From a virus (taxonomy: Duplodnaviria > Caudoviricetes), in the IMG/VR virus record IMGVR_UViG_3300020156_000007, positions 1-50,547 of that record: a DNA stretch of 50,547 nucleotides. One strand, written 5' to 3'. Position numbers and translations under genes: made by a program. The notes below the pieces were generated by a model, which saw only the letters and a program-made list of their open reading frames with translations, was not told the DNA's origin and did no database searches. This document shows positions 34,325 through 44,389 of this stretch, piece after piece (the first letter of the stretch is position 1; every line of letters begins with the position of its first letter).

Positions 34325-35293
34325 ATGCCCGACGACCTGTTCTACGGCGCCGATTGCGAGATGCGCATCGCGCCGATGGCCGATGCGACGACCGCGCCGG
34401 CGGCGGACGACTGGATCAACATCCCCTTCGTCAGCTTCAGCGGCAACGTCAGCCGCGAGCGCCGGCCGTCGCCGGAGCTGGGCCTGCCGCGCCACAACTC
34501 GCTGGACCCGGTGAAGCCGACGCCCGGCTTCGAGCGGTTCTCGGGCGACCTGACGGTGCGGCTGGACAGCCGCCGCACCCCGCTGCTGCTGCGTCACGCG
34601 CTGGGCGCGCCGACGACCGGGGCGGCCGTGTCGGGCATCTATCCGCACGTCTGGAACTCCGGCTCGAAGACGCCGCACTACTTCGCCCTGGCCATCCGCA
34701 CGGCGGCGGACCAGGTGCGCGAGTACCAGGGCCTGGCGGTGCCCAGCCTGTCGCTGTCGGTCAACGCCGAACAGACCCAGGACTTCGAACTGACCCTGCC
34801 GCTGCGGGGCCTGCGCCGCTCGCGCCTGGCCGATTTCGCCGGCGACGCGCCGCCGGCCATGGTCAGCGCCGGCGCCATCAGCCGCGCCCTGCTGAAGATC
34901 GACGACGTCGCCGCCACCCGCACCGGCGAGGCGACCTGGAACTGGGACCGCGGCCTGGCCGAGGAGGCCTTCCTGTCCACCACCCCGACCATTTCGGAGC
35001 TGCGTCCCGGCGCTGCGTCCATGGGCGGCACGGCGCGCTTCGGCTCGGTCGCCGAGGCCTTCGACGACATCGAGGAGGGAGACACCGAGTTCAGCGCCAA
35101 GGTCGAACTGCTGGGCGTCCTGACCAACCACAAGATCACCTTCGAGCATCCCCAGGCGATGCTGAACGCGCCGCCACTGGCGGTCAGCGGACCGGGCCTG
35201 ATCGAGCGCACCATCAGCTGGTTCGCCTTCCAGGACGCCGATGCGCCGGGCGCCCGCATCACCGTCAACAATAACGTGGCGACCTACGCATGA
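34325..35293 (+). CDS. Major tail tube protein
   Basis: Position, size and beta-rich tube-like pattern. Confidence 0.8.
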   Translation: MPDDLFYGADCEMRIAPMADATTAPAADDWINIPFVSFSGNVSRERRPSPELGLPRHNSLDPVKPTPGFERFSGDLTVRLDSRRTPLLLRHALGAPTTGAAVSGIYPHVWNSGSKTPHYFALAIRTAADQVREYQGLAVPSLSLSVNAEQTQDFELTLPLRGLRRSRLADFAGDAPPAMVSAGAISRALLKIDDVAATRTGEATWNWDRGLAEEAFLSTTPTISELRPGAASMGGTARFGSVAEAFDDIEEGDTEFSAKVELLGVLTNHKITFEHPQAMLNAPPLAVSGPGLIERTISWFAFQDADAPGARITVNNNVATYA

Positions 35294-35898
35294 TCCGGCT
35301 CCCCACGGCCGACCAGCTGGCGGAACTGGCGCGGCCGGTCTGGCGCGACTACGGCCACATCCTGCCCGGCGTCCGCTGCCAGGTGCGCGGGCTCACGTCG
35401 ATGGATCTCGACGCCGCCCGGCGCCGGGCCCAGGGCGTCATCCGCCGCATGGCCACGGCCGCCGACGACCTGGACACGACGCTCGCCGACTACGGCCTCG
35501 GCGGCGAGGATGCGAGCGGCGCTCGCTTCAATCCGGCCGACCCGGACCAGGCCGGGCGCATCGGCATGCTGATCGGCAGCGTCGAGGTGGTGCTGGAAGG
35601 ACTCGTCGCCTGGGAGGGGATCTCGCTGGACGGCGAGACCGTCGCCCCCATCAACCGCCAGACCCTGGCCGTGGCCCTGCTGCACGACGGGCTGGAGCGG
35701 AAGCTGATGGCCGACATATCGGCCCTGTCCGACCGGATCCTCGCCGAGGGAAAGCCCTCGGGGGCCTCGCAGCCTGGTTCTTCCGGGCGGACGGCGCAGG
35801 CCCCAACCCGAGATACTGCCGCGAAAGCTGCAAGGCGACGGACCAGCCGTGCAGCCAAGGCCGGCGCGGCCGCAACGGACAGTTCTGCCCCGAAGTAG
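35290..35898 (+). CDS. Tail assembly chaperone G
   Basis: Follows the tail tube; contains G GGA AAG slippery site at 35748-35754. Confidence 0.8.
   Translation: MIRLPTADQLAELARPVWRDYGHILPGVRCQVRGLTSMDLDAARRRAQGVIRRMATAADDLDTTLADYGLGGEDASGARFNPADPDQAGRIGMLIGSVEVVLEGLVAWEGISLDGETVAPINRQTLAVALLHDGLERKLMADISALSDRILAEGKPSGASQPGSSGRTAQAPTRDTAAKAARRRTSRAAKAGAAATDSSAPK
35512..35526. repeat. 15-bp dispersed palindrome, copy 12
   Basis: GCGAGCGGCGCTCGC. Confidence 0.9.
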
Positions 35899-36170
35899 AG
35901 CACCGCCCGACGACGGAGGAGGGCGGGCGGCTCTGGGCCCTGCTGCAGCGCCCTTCGGCCTGGCGCGGCGGCGGGATGAGCCCGATGCGCATCGACCGGG
36001 CCGAGATCCGGCGGCGTATGTCCGGCGCCCTGCCGGACGCCGTGCTGGATGAACTGATCGACCACTACGAGCCGCAGGCGCTCGCCGCCATGCGCGAGGC
36101 GGAGTCGAAGCGGCGTGAACTGAAGGCGCGGCAGGACGCCGGCGGCGACGGCAGACCGTCCGAACCCTGA
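35748..36170 (+). CDS. T portion of the G-T chaperone via -1 frameshift
   Basis: The -1 frame is open to 36170, ending just before the tape measure gene. Confidence 0.75.
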   Translation, partial: GKALGGLAAWFFRADGAGPNPRYCRESCKATDQPCSQGRRGRNGQFCPEVEHRPTTEEGGRLWALLQRPSAWRGGGMSPMRIDRAEIRRRMSGALPDAVLDELIDHYEPQALAAMREAESKRRELKARQDAGGDGRPSEP

Positions 36171-36182
36171 TCGGAGGCCGGC

Positions 36183-38150
36183 ATGGCGGAGATGGTGGGT
36201 TCGGGGAGCAAGGGCGTCGGCGTCCGCCTGTTCGTCGAGGGCGGCGAGCTGGTCCGCAAGACGTTCGACCAGATCGGCGACAGCGGCAAGAAGATGTGGG
36301 CCGAGCTGGGCGCCGGCACGAAACAGGCGAACCCCGCGCTGAAGGGCGTCAACGCCATCGCCGACGAGGGCAAGCAGGCCATCGCCGGCCTGGCCGACCA
36401 GGCCGGCGGCCTGGGCCGGGCGCTCAGCGCCGTCGGCCCGCTGGGCGTGGCGGCGGCGGCGGCCATGGGCGGCCTCGCCATCGCCATCAACCGCGCCCGC
36501 GAGGCCATGACCTGGGCGGCCGACCTGACCGACCAGGCCGAGCAGCTGGGGGTGACGACCGAGGCGCTGCAGGCCTATCGCTTCGCCGCCGAGGACGTTG
36601 GCGCCTCGGCCGGGGCGATGGAGTCGAGCCTCGGCAGCCTGAACAAGGCCATCGGCGCAATCCGCACCGGGGTCGGCGACGGCAAGGTGGTCGAGGCCCT
36701 GCAGGCCATCGGCTTCACGCCGGAGCAGATCGCCAGCCTGGAAAGCGCCGACCAGCTGCTCCTGGCTGTGGCCGACAAGATCGCGGAGACCGGCGACATC
36801 GCCGAGGCGACCAAGATCGCCGACGCGCTCGGGATCGACCGGGAACTGATCCCGGCCCTGATGCGCGGCAGCACCGCCCTGACCGATGCGACCGAAAAGG
36901 CGCGGAATCTCGGCCTGGTCATGGGCGACGACCTGGTCGCCGGCCTCGACGCCGCCAACCGCGAGGTCGAGATCGCCAACCAGCGGATCGGCATGGAGAT
37001 GCGCCGGGCCTTCGTGGAACTGGCGCCGGCCATCGCGGGCACGACCTCGGCCCTGGCCGACTTCCTCGGCTGGGCGCGCCAGACCGCGAACGATCCGGGG
37101 TTCCAGACCCTGATGAGCTACCTGGTCCCGGGCGGTGCGGACCTGCGCCGGGGCATGCGGCGGATCCGCGACCAGGCGGCCATGGCGGCGCGGGTCGGCA
37201 CGACGGACGAGAGTTCCGTCGCGTCGAACTACGACCTCTCGGGCCTGTCGGTAAACACGCCGCGGCTGACCACGGTCGCCCCGCCCGTCCGCTCCGGCGG
37301 CGGCGGAGTGCGGGCCGGTGGCGGATCCTCCGCCCGCCCGGCCGGCATCAAGGCCGAACGCTACGACCGGATCGAGATCGTCAGCGCCGAGGAAATCTCG
37401 CGCATGCAGCTGGCGCTCCAGCTGGAGACGGCGCGCATCGCCAAGAACGAGCAGCTGATTGCGGCCTTGGAGCGCGAGCTGGAGCTGCGCGAGCTGATCG
37501 ACCGCTACACGAAGATGGGCCTGTCGGAGGACGACGCCCGGACCAGCGCGGAACTGACCCAGTGGCAGCGCGACCAGGCCCGCTTCGCCGACATGAGCGG
37601 CTTCACGGCCAACCGGGCCGACGAGCTGCGCGCGTCTTTCGACGCTCTGGAGGAGACCCGCCAGGCCCGCATCGACGACATGCGCCAGGTCTGGCGCGAG
37701 GGGGCGCGGGCGGCCGTGGCCGGCGACTTCAAGGAATGGCTGGCCGACCAGATCGGCCAGGCCTGGTTGAAGGGCCTCGACGACGTGTCCGGCCAGCTGT
37801 TCGACCTGCTGTTCAACATCATCGGCGGCGGCTCCGGCGCCTTCGGCATGAGCGGGACCGGCTCGGGTTCCGGCGGCTTCGACTGGCTGGGCGCCATCGG
37901 CAGCGTGTTCGGCCTGGGCGGCGGCTCCAGCGGCTGGGGTTCGCCGGGGAGCCCGGGCTTCGGCGGGGGCGGCGGCACGGCGAAGATCGAACTGACGTCG
38001 AAGATGGCCGTGCCCGAGGGGTATGTCCCCGACGCCAAGCTGCAGCAGATGTTCGCCGCAACCCACGAGTCCGCCATCCAGAAGGCGGTCGAGATGGTGC
38101 GGGAGCGCAACCCGGACATGACGATCGAGCATCGGCTGCTCAGGGGCTGA
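36183..38150 (+). CDS. Tape measure protein (655 aa)
   Basis: Ala-rich helical; LTDQAEQLGVTTEALQAYRFAA. Confidence 0.9.
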   Translation: MAEMVGSGSKGVGVRLFVEGGELVRKTFDQIGDSGKKMWAELGAGTKQANPALKGVNAIADEGKQAIAGLADQAGGLGRALSAVGPLGVAAAAAMGGLAIAINRAREAMTWAADLTDQAEQLGVTTEALQAYRFAAEDVGASAGAMESSLGSLNKAIGAIRTGVGDGKVVEALQAIGFTPEQIASLESADQLLLAVADKIAETGDIAEATKIADALGIDRELIPALMRGSTALTDATEKARNLGLVMGDDLVAGLDAANREVEIANQRIGMEMRRAFVELAPAIAGTTSALADFLGWARQTANDPGFQTLMSYLVPGGADLRRGMRRIRDQAAMAARVGTTDESSVASNYDLSGLSVNTPRLTTVAPPVRSGGGGVRAGGGSSARPAGIKAERYDRIEIVSAEEISRMQLALQLETARIAKNEQLIAALERELELRELIDRYTKMGLSEDDARTSAELTQWQRDQARFADMSGFTANRADELRASFDALEETRQARIDDMRQVWREGARAAVAGDFKEWLADQIGQAWLKGLDDVSGQLFDLLFNIIGGGSGAFGMSGTGSGSGGFDWLGAIGSVFGLGGGSSGWGSPGSPGFGGGGGTAKIELTSKMAVPEGYVPDAKLQQMFAATHESAIQKAVEMVRERNPDMTIEHRLLRG

Positions 38151-38160
38151 GGGGTGAAGC

Positions 38161-38781
38161 ATGGCTGACGCTTGGCCCCTGTCGTCCTTTCCGATCGGCT
38201 TCTATCGCCCGCGGATCGTGGGGACCGTCTTCGACGGTGGCCCGACCATCTTCCGGCCGGGCCAACTAGCCCGGGTGGACGGCGGCGGCTGGTGGGAAAT
38301 GGAGCTGGACGGCTCGAAGATCACCACCCAGGCGCAGCGTCAGGAGTGGAACGCGCTGATGCTGGACGCGGAACAGGGCGTGGGCCTGTTCGAAGTGCCG
38401 TACCTGCAGGAGACGCCTGAAATCCATACCGCCCGGTCGCAAGGCGCCGTGGCGCTCGGCGCGACGACGGTGGCGATCCAGCGGCTGTCGGGCGGCGGCG
38501 GGTGGAGCATCGGCCGCGGCATGGTCTTCGAAGTCGATCATCCGACCGTCGGAAAGCGCGCCTACATGGTGAAGCGCCAGATCTCGAACGTCGGCAGCGT
38601 CGACACCTGCGAGGTCCGCCCCACGGTGCGCGAAGCCTTCGCCGACGACACGCCACTGAACTTCATCAACCCCCACATCCTGATGCGGATCGACGACCGC
38701 GAGGGCGACGCCTGGCCGCGGTTCGACGGGACCTGGGGCGCCGAGACCTCGGTGCGTTTCGTCGAGGCCTTCGGGGTCTGA
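38161..38781 (+). CDS. Distal tail protein-like
   Basis: Follows TMP; GGGWW and VRFVEAF motifs. Confidence 0.7.
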   Translation: MADAWPLSSFPIGFYRPRIVGTVFDGGPTIFRPGQLARVDGGGWWEMELDGSKITTQAQRQEWNALMLDAEQGVGLFEVPYLQETPEIHTARSQGAVALGATTVAIQRLSGGGGWSIGRGMVFEVDHPTVGKRAYMVKRQISNVGSVDTCEVRPTVREAFADDTPLNFINPHILMRIDDREGDAWPRFDGTWGAETSVRFVEAFGV

Positions 38782-38783
38782 CC

Positions 38784-39374
38784 ATGGCTTTCATCTCAAG
38801 CGAGGCCGCAGCCGCCGCCGCGAAGAACCAGGTGCGCGCGCTCTACTTCCTGCGCGTGGCCACTGACCCTGTGCTCCGCTGCTGTTCCTCCGCCGGCGAC
38901 CGCCAGCTGCCCGAAGACAACGTAGAAACCACGGATGGGGCGACCTATCTGGGGGTCGGCGAAGTGACCGATGTGCCGGTGTTCGAGGCCGTGGTGAACG
39001 GCGCGGCGCAACGGACCAGCTTCGTCCTGTCGGGGGTGTCGGACCGGGTGTTGGCCCTGGCCCAGCTCGACGCGCCGTCGATCCGGGGTGCGGAGGCGAA
39101 TTTCGGCGTCCTGTTCCTGGGCGAGGACCTGCAGCCGGTCGCCGACATGCTCTGGCTGCGCCGGGGCGTAGCAGACCAGTTGGTGACGGCGCGCCGCTTC
39201 GGAGCGCGGTCCGTGGCCCTATCTATCGGCTGGGGCCTGGTGAACCGCCGCCGGCCCTGGCTGTCATTCTTCACCCGGCAGTACCAGATCCGGCGTTCAC
39301 CGACCGACAAGGGCTGCGACCGCACGCCGAGGTATGAGCGCGCCAATCGGAAGTGGCCGCTGTGGGGCGACTGA
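38784..39374 (+). CDS. Tail tip/baseplate protein
   Basis: YLGVG, LSGV, Q.RSPTD motifs; position. Confidence 0.7.
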   Translation: MAFISSEAAAAAAKNQVRALYFLRVATDPVLRCCSSAGDRQLPEDNVETTDGATYLGVGEVTDVPVFEAVVNGAAQRTSFVLSGVSDRVLALAQLDAPSIRGAEANFGVLFLGEDLQPVADMLWLRRGVADQLVTARRFGARSVALSIGWGLVNRRRPWLSFFTRQYQIRRSPTDKGCDRTPRYERANRKWPLWGD

Positions 39375-39784
39375 AACTCGGCGGTTTCCTAGATCAGGCG
39401 GCGCGCACACCCTTTGTCTGGGGCGGCCTGGCGGGTCAGGACTGCATGATCTTCGTCGCCGACTGGGCCCTCTTGCGGACCGGGCGGGACCCGGCGGCGC
39501 GCTGGCGCGGGTCCTACGACAGCGAGGCGGGCGCGGGCCTTATTCTGGACGCCCTGGGCGGCCTGGTCCCGTTGCTCGACGAAGGGCTCGGCGCGGACGG
39601 CTGGGTTAGCACGGCCGATCCCGTCAGCGGCGACATCGGCGCGGTCGAGGTGCGGGCCGTTGATGGGCGAGCGGCGCTCGCCGGCGCGGTCCGCACCGGC
39701 GGCCTTTGGGCCGTCAAGGCTCAGTCCGGTCTGGGCCTGATCCGCGCCGCCCCTGCCGCCGCCTGGACCTGGCCCGAGAGGTAA
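39353..39784 (+). CDS. NlpC/P60-like tail-associated protein
   Basis: PFVWG...DCxxFVADW...TGxDPA..WRGSY. Confidence 0.75.
   Translation: MAAVGRLKLGGFLDQAARTPFVWGGLAGQDCMIFVADWALLRTGRDPAARWRGSYDSEAGAGLILDALGGLVPLLDEGLGADGWVSTADPVSGDIGAVEVRAVDGRAALAGAVRTGGLWAVKAQSGLGLIRAAPAAAWTWPER
39667..39681. repeat. 15-bp dispersed palindrome, copy 13
   Basis: GCGAGCGGCGCTCGC. Confidence 0.9.
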
Positions 39785-39788
39785 CGAC

Positions 39789-41702
39789 ATGCCACAGGCG
39801 ATGGTGGCCGCCGTCGCGGCGGTCGGAAACTGGGTCGCCCACGCGACGGCGACCGTCCTGATCAACGCCGGCGTCGGGATCAACACGGCCTTCGCCATCG
39901 CCCACGTCGCGGGGGCCGTCGTCGAAGGTCTGGTCTACACCGGGCTTCAGGCCGGCGCGGCGGCCCTGATGGCGCCGGAAGTGCCCAAGTCCGAGGCCGG
40001 CAAGACGGCCCTGCTGCAGCCCATGCCCGCCCGCCAGTACGTGCTGGGCCAGGCGCGGGTTTCCGGGCCCTACATGCTGTGGGAGTCGAAGAAACGCCTC
40101 TACGACGTGATCGCCTTCGCCGACCAGGAGCTCGACTCCATCGGCAAGCTTTGGCTGCACGACGACGAGGTCACCGTCGACGCCAACAACAAGGTCAACC
40201 GGTTGCCGACAGGGGCGTACGGCGGCCACGGGGTGTGGATCTTCACCCGCCTCGGCCTGCCGACGGAGACAAGCTACACGGTCGAGTCCACGCTCGGCGG
40301 GAGCGGCGAGGTGCCGGTGGGCCCCACGCCGTTTTCCGAACTGGGCGCCGACGTCTGGACCGAGGATCACCGGCTGGACGGCATCGCTTCGGGCTGCCTG
40401 ATCTGCGCGCCGGTCGAGCAGGACCGGTTTCACCGGGTGTTCCCGAACGGCTATCCGGTGCTGCAGGTCGAGGCGAAGGCCAAGCACTACGACTGGCGGC
40501 CCGAAGGCGTCGATGAGCAGGATCCGGACGACGATGCGACGCACCTTCCGTCGCTCAACCCGATCGTGCTGTTGGCGAACTATCTCACCACACCGACCGA
40601 GACGGAGACCCGTGGAGACCGCTTCGACCGGCTGATCCTGCCGCAGATCCAGTCCTGGACGACCGCGGCAGACGACTGCGACGACGAGATCCCGCTCAAG
40701 GCCGGCGGCTCCGAGCCGCGCTACCGGGCGGTCGGCGTGTTCTACTATGCGTCCACCCATCCGGTGGAAGTCATTGCCCGGCTGTTGGAGGCCTGCGACG
40801 GCTGGATGGCCGAGTCGGGGGACGGCTCGTGGACCGTCCAGGCGGGCGTGTTCCGCGAGCCCACCTTCACCCTGGTGGGCAAGGCCGAGGGCGGGCACAT
40901 CCGCGAGATCGTCCACAATACCGGGCGACCCAGCGAACAGGCCGTCAACGAACTGGCCTTCAGCTACAACTCGCTCGACCACGCGTATTCGATGGCGCCG
41001 GGCGACCCCTGGCGTGACGAGGCCGACATCGCCGAGCTGGGCGCGGTGATGACCCAGTCGCTGCCTCTGGGCGCCGTGCCCAGCCACGGCCAGGGCCGGC
41101 GGCTGTGCAAGCGCCGGATGCACCGGATGACCGCGCCCGGCTGGGGGCGGTGCCGAACCGACCTGGTCGGGTTCAACATCCTCGGCGAACGGCTGATCAA
41201 GATCGCCGTCGAAGACGGGGAGTGGGACGCGCTCCAGGACATCACCGTCGAGGTCGTCGGCTCGCCACGGATCGACTTCAAGAACCTGGCGGTCGAGTTC
41301 GATTACGTCGTCATCGACATCGCCGCCGCCAACGCCTGGGATCCGGAGACGGAAGAGGGCGAAGCGCCCCTGTCGGACGACGACCTCGGCGACACCGATC
41401 CCGACAGCATCGACACGCCCACCATCGGCGGCGTGGCCGAGGACGGCGTGCAGCTGGAGATCACGCTTACCGGCCTCGAAACCGGGGCCAACGTGGCCAC
41501 GCGCTGGCGGGAACTGGGCATGGAGAACTGGCTGACGGCATCGCCGAACGAGCCGGTGAATCTGGGCGGCGGGATCTGGACCATCAACACATCGACCGTG
41601 ACCCAGGGCGCCACGCTGGAGGTCGCGATCGCCGCGGTGATCGACGGCTTCTACTCCGACTGGACCGAGCCCTTCGAGTTCACCACCACGGGAGGGGCCT
41701 GA
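39789..41702 (+). CDS. Tail tip/host-specificity protein (gpJ-like)
   Basis: WTEDHRLDG, AADDCDDEI, LLEACDG. Confidence 0.8.
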   Translation: MPQAMVAAVAAVGNWVAHATATVLINAGVGINTAFAIAHVAGAVVEGLVYTGLQAGAAALMAPEVPKSEAGKTALLQPMPARQYVLGQARVSGPYMLWESKKRLYDVIAFADQELDSIGKLWLHDDEVTVDANNKVNRLPTGAYGGHGVWIFTRLGLPTETSYTVESTLGGSGEVPVGPTPFSELGADVWTEDHRLDGIASGCLICAPVEQDRFHRVFPNGYPVLQVEAKAKHYDWRPEGVDEQDPDDDATHLPSLNPIVLLANYLTTPTETETRGDRFDRLILPQIQSWTTAADDCDDEIPLKAGGSEPRYRAVGVFYYASTHPVEVIARLLEACDGWMAESGDGSWTVQAGVFREPTFTLVGKAEGGHIREIVHNTGRPSEQAVNELAFSYNSLDHAYSMAPGDPWRDEADIAELGAVMTQSLPLGAVPSHGQGRRLCKRRMHRMTAPGWGRCRTDLVGFNILGERLIKIAVEDGEWDALQDITVEVVGSPRIDFKNLAVEFDYVVIDIAAANAWDPETEEGEAPLSDDDLGDTDPDSIDTPTIGGVAEDGVQLEITLTGLETGANVATRWRELGMENWLTASPNEPVNLGGGIWTINTSTVTQGATLEVAIAAVIDGFYSDWTEPFEFTTTGGA

Positions 41703-41703
41703 G

Positions 41704-42090
41704 ATGTCCGATCTTCTGGACCCCGTCCCCCAGACCGTCTGGAAGGACATCGGCTGGCAGGAGCCAATGCAGATCGTCGAGGTGGACGAGTCCGGGGCGC
41801 TGACGCCCTACCTCGACCTCGCCAGCGTCACCGAGATCCGCGCCGCCATGCAGCGCCGCACCGAGCGGGGGGTGGAGCAGGGCGAGGTCATCGCGGCGAC
41901 CCTGTCGGGCGAGACCGTCGTCGTCACCGACGCGGACGAGGGGACATTCGAGATCCAGCTGCCGGCGTCCGACGCGGCCCTGACCGCGGCGACGCCCGGC
42001 ACCTGGGACCTGCGCGTCGTCTTCACCCGCGACGACGGGACCGAAGAGCCGGTCTATGTCGGCGTGCGCGAGATCCGCGAGGGCTTCTGA
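41704..42090 (+). CDS. Tail/baseplate accessory protein (BppU-like)
   Basis: Acidic beta-rich protein between tip and fibre. Confidence 0.6.
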   Translation: MSDLLDPVPQTVWKDIGWQEPMQIVEVDESGALTPYLDLASVTEIRAAMQRRTERGVEQGEVIAATLSGETVVVTDADEGTFEIQLPASDAALTAATPGTWDLRVVFTRDDGTEEPVYVGVREIREGF

Positions 42091-43991
42091 TGACCCTGCA
42101 AGCTCTTCCCGCCCGCACCCGCATGGGCATGCTCGGCCGCATGGGCCGGCGCGGCCGCGACCTGAAGGAGATCGCCATCGCCGCCGGGGCCCTGCCCCAG
42201 GGCGCCAGCGACGCGCAGTTCATCGCCTGGTTCGGCGCCACGGCCGAGGGCGCTGGCAGCCTGGTCTCGACCGAGTACTTCCACGCCGACCCCGCCCAGG
42301 CCATCCAGGACGCCTTCGTGGAAGGCCGCCCGGTGTTCTACAACGCCGGCGACGAGGAGGACATCGAGCTGCAGCTCGAGTTCCCGTCGTCCGGCGGGGA
42401 TCTGACCGCGCGCCAGGCCAACCACGCCTTCCTGCGCGCCGCCCTGCGCTGGCAGCAGAACTGCGTCGGCGGACCGATCCACCTCGCCCTGCCGCTTCGC
42501 GCGACCGAGACCTACGGCAACACCCTGCATCTGAAGAACGGGGTCTGGCGCCTGCGCGGGCCCCAGGCGCCGGTCTTCATCAACATCAACTCGGTGCAGC
42601 TAACGGCGCCGACGCCGGAAAGGCCCAACCGCTACGGCATCACCGTCAACCTGGCCTCGCCGCTCGCGGCCGACGTGCCGCTGGGCTACACCGTCGCCGC
42701 GCCGAACATGTGGGGCGAGCCCGGCACGGCCAACGATGACGTCCGCTGCCTGACCGGCGCCTACAAGATCGAGAGCATCGGCGAGAACCGCACCAGCTTC
42801 ACCTCCAGCTTCGAGTACCGCCGGGGGACCTACCTGAACGAGCCGCCGGTCGCCCTGTCGACGGCGCTGATGACCACCCCCAGCCACGCCATCGTCAACG
42901 GCATCGCCCGCAACCAGCTGATGGTGCCCTGCAGCGACCTGCAGGTCTTCGGCGGCTGGAACGGACTGACGACCGAGGGCTACTTCCGCCTCGACGCGAC
43001 GGACGGCGCCGCCGCCTTCCGCCGCCGCTACATGGCGATGAGCTATCACGGCACCGACACGGTCGGGACCATGTTCATGCTGGTCGGGCAGGGCGCCACG
43101 GTGCGCTGCGACGACCGCGACATCGACCGGCGCTGTCCGGAACGCTTCTACCGCGCGACCTACAAGGCCCAGGTGACGGTCAACCGGGGCGTCCTGGACG
43201 CCGACGGGGCGGAGGAAGCCATCGTCGCCCAGTCCGCCGGCGACTTCGGCTTCGTCCGCAGCGCCATCGCCGGCGCCCGCGACCACCTCGTATCCATGAC
43301 CGACCACGCGACGGGCGTGATCGACCAGAGCTTCATGGCCCGCGGCGCGCGGACGGCCCAGGTGGACGGGACGGCCGAGCTGACCTTCAAGGGCACGCGC
43401 AGCGTCGACGCCAACCGGGGCCTCTATTCGACCAACGGAGCCGTCATCAACGGCAACGCCGCGGCCAACATCGACCGGACAGAGACACCGATCGACCGGG
43501 CCAACGCCGACGTGCACGGCCCGATCGTGCTGGGCGCCTACAACGGCTCGACCCCGACCGCCGGCGTCTGGCTGGAGGGCGGGGTCTGGTTCCGGGATCT
43601 CGGGACCAACCCGCGCGACGAGGGGATCATGACCCGCCCGGTCGCCGCCGGCGGTTTCGACCGCGCCCCGATCAGCGGCAACGGCGTGATCGAGATCATC
43701 GGCATCGCCGACCCCGACAGCCGCTCCGGCAAGCTGTACGTGAACCTGTCCGACACCCTGGCGCCCGGCACGGCCGAGAACTTCCACGCCAACCTGGTGC
43801 TGGCCCAGGGGCCGATCACGACCGGGGTCAACCCGGGCAAGGTCACGGTGTCGATCGGCTTCGCCGACAGCCAGTGGTGGTTCTACCTGGTCAACGACAC
43901 CGCCTCCTCGGCGGTCGCCGCCCTCTATCCGCGCGGCACCCTGGCCATCGGCAAGTTCGAATCCGAGATCGAGGACGACGAAGAGGCCTGA
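42090..43991 (+). CDS. Tail fibre/spike (beta-helix-like)
   Basis: 633 aa, Gly/Ala/Thr beta-rich; position. Confidence 0.65.
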   Translation: MTLQALPARTRMGMLGRMGRRGRDLKEIAIAAGALPQGASDAQFIAWFGATAEGAGSLVSTEYFHADPAQAIQDAFVEGRPVFYNAGDEEDIELQLEFPSSGGDLTARQANHAFLRAALRWQQNCVGGPIHLALPLRATETYGNTLHLKNGVWRLRGPQAPVFININSVQLTAPTPERPNRYGITVNLASPLAADVPLGYTVAAPNMWGEPGTANDDVRCLTGAYKIESIGENRTSFTSSFEYRRGTYLNEPPVALSTALMTTPSHAIVNGIARNQLMVPCSDLQVFGGWNGLTTEGYFRLDATDGAAAFRRRYMAMSYHGTDTVGTMFMLVGQGATVRCDDRDIDRRCPERFYRATYKAQVTVNRGVLDADGAEEAIVAQSAGDFGFVRSAIAGARDHLVSMTDHATGVIDQSFMARGARTAQVDGTAELTFKGTRSVDANRGLYSTNGAVINGNAAANIDRTETPIDRANADVHGPIVLGAYNGSTPTAGVWLEGGVWFRDLGTNPRDEGIMTRPVAAGGFDRAPISGNGVIEIIGIADPDSRSGKLYVNLSDTLAPGTAENFHANLVLAQGPITTGVNPGKVTVSIGFADSQWWFYLVNDTASSAVAALYPRGTLAIGKFESEIEDDEEA

Positions 43992-43997
43992 CGGCCT

Positions 43998-44036
43998 CCC
44001 TCATCCCACCCCTTCTCCCGAGAGGAGAAGGGCGAC
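43998..44036. repeat. REP-like intergenic repeat
   Basis: Matches 34244..34282. Confidence 0.8.
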
Positions 44037-44066
44037 AGACGGCGCTGCGCGCCGAGGAGACTTCCA

Positions 44067-44270
44067 TTGACCATCCTGGCCCGCTTCCGTGTGCGCGAGA
44101 TCACCCCCGGCGACACCGTCGAGACGACCCTCTTCCGCCTGACGGCCGACCATGCCGAGGACGCGCCGGACGTGACGGTGACGGTCGAGTCGCCGGTCTC
44201 CGACCTCTTCGCCCTCGACGCCCAGGTCTACGTCCACATCACGCCCAGCACGTCGGACGTGCCCGATTAA
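44067..44270 (+). CDS. Small hypothetical protein
   Basis: GAGGAG RBS, TTG start. Confidence 0.55.
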   Translation: MTILARFRVREITPGDTVETTLFRLTADHAEDAPDVTVTVESPVSDLFALDAQVYVHITPSTSDVPD

Positions 44271-44296
44271 AACCGCGCCGCGAAGCGGCTCCTTCG

Positions 44297-44335
44297 CCCC
44301 CTCTTCGCTCGCGGAGAGGGGGGTGGGGGAGAGGC
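44297..44335. repeat. REP-like repeat, inverted relative to 43998
   Basis: cccctct...agagggg hairpin plus gggtggggga tail. Confidence 0.55.
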
Positions 44336-44346
44336 CTGCCGCCCGT

Positions 44347-44361
44347 GCGAGCGGCGCTCGC
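44347..44361. repeat. 15-bp dispersed palindrome, copy 14
   Basis: GCGAGCGGCGCTCGC. Confidence 0.9.
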
Positions 44362-44389
44362 ATCCCGCCCCGTTCCCTGAGAGGCCGTC

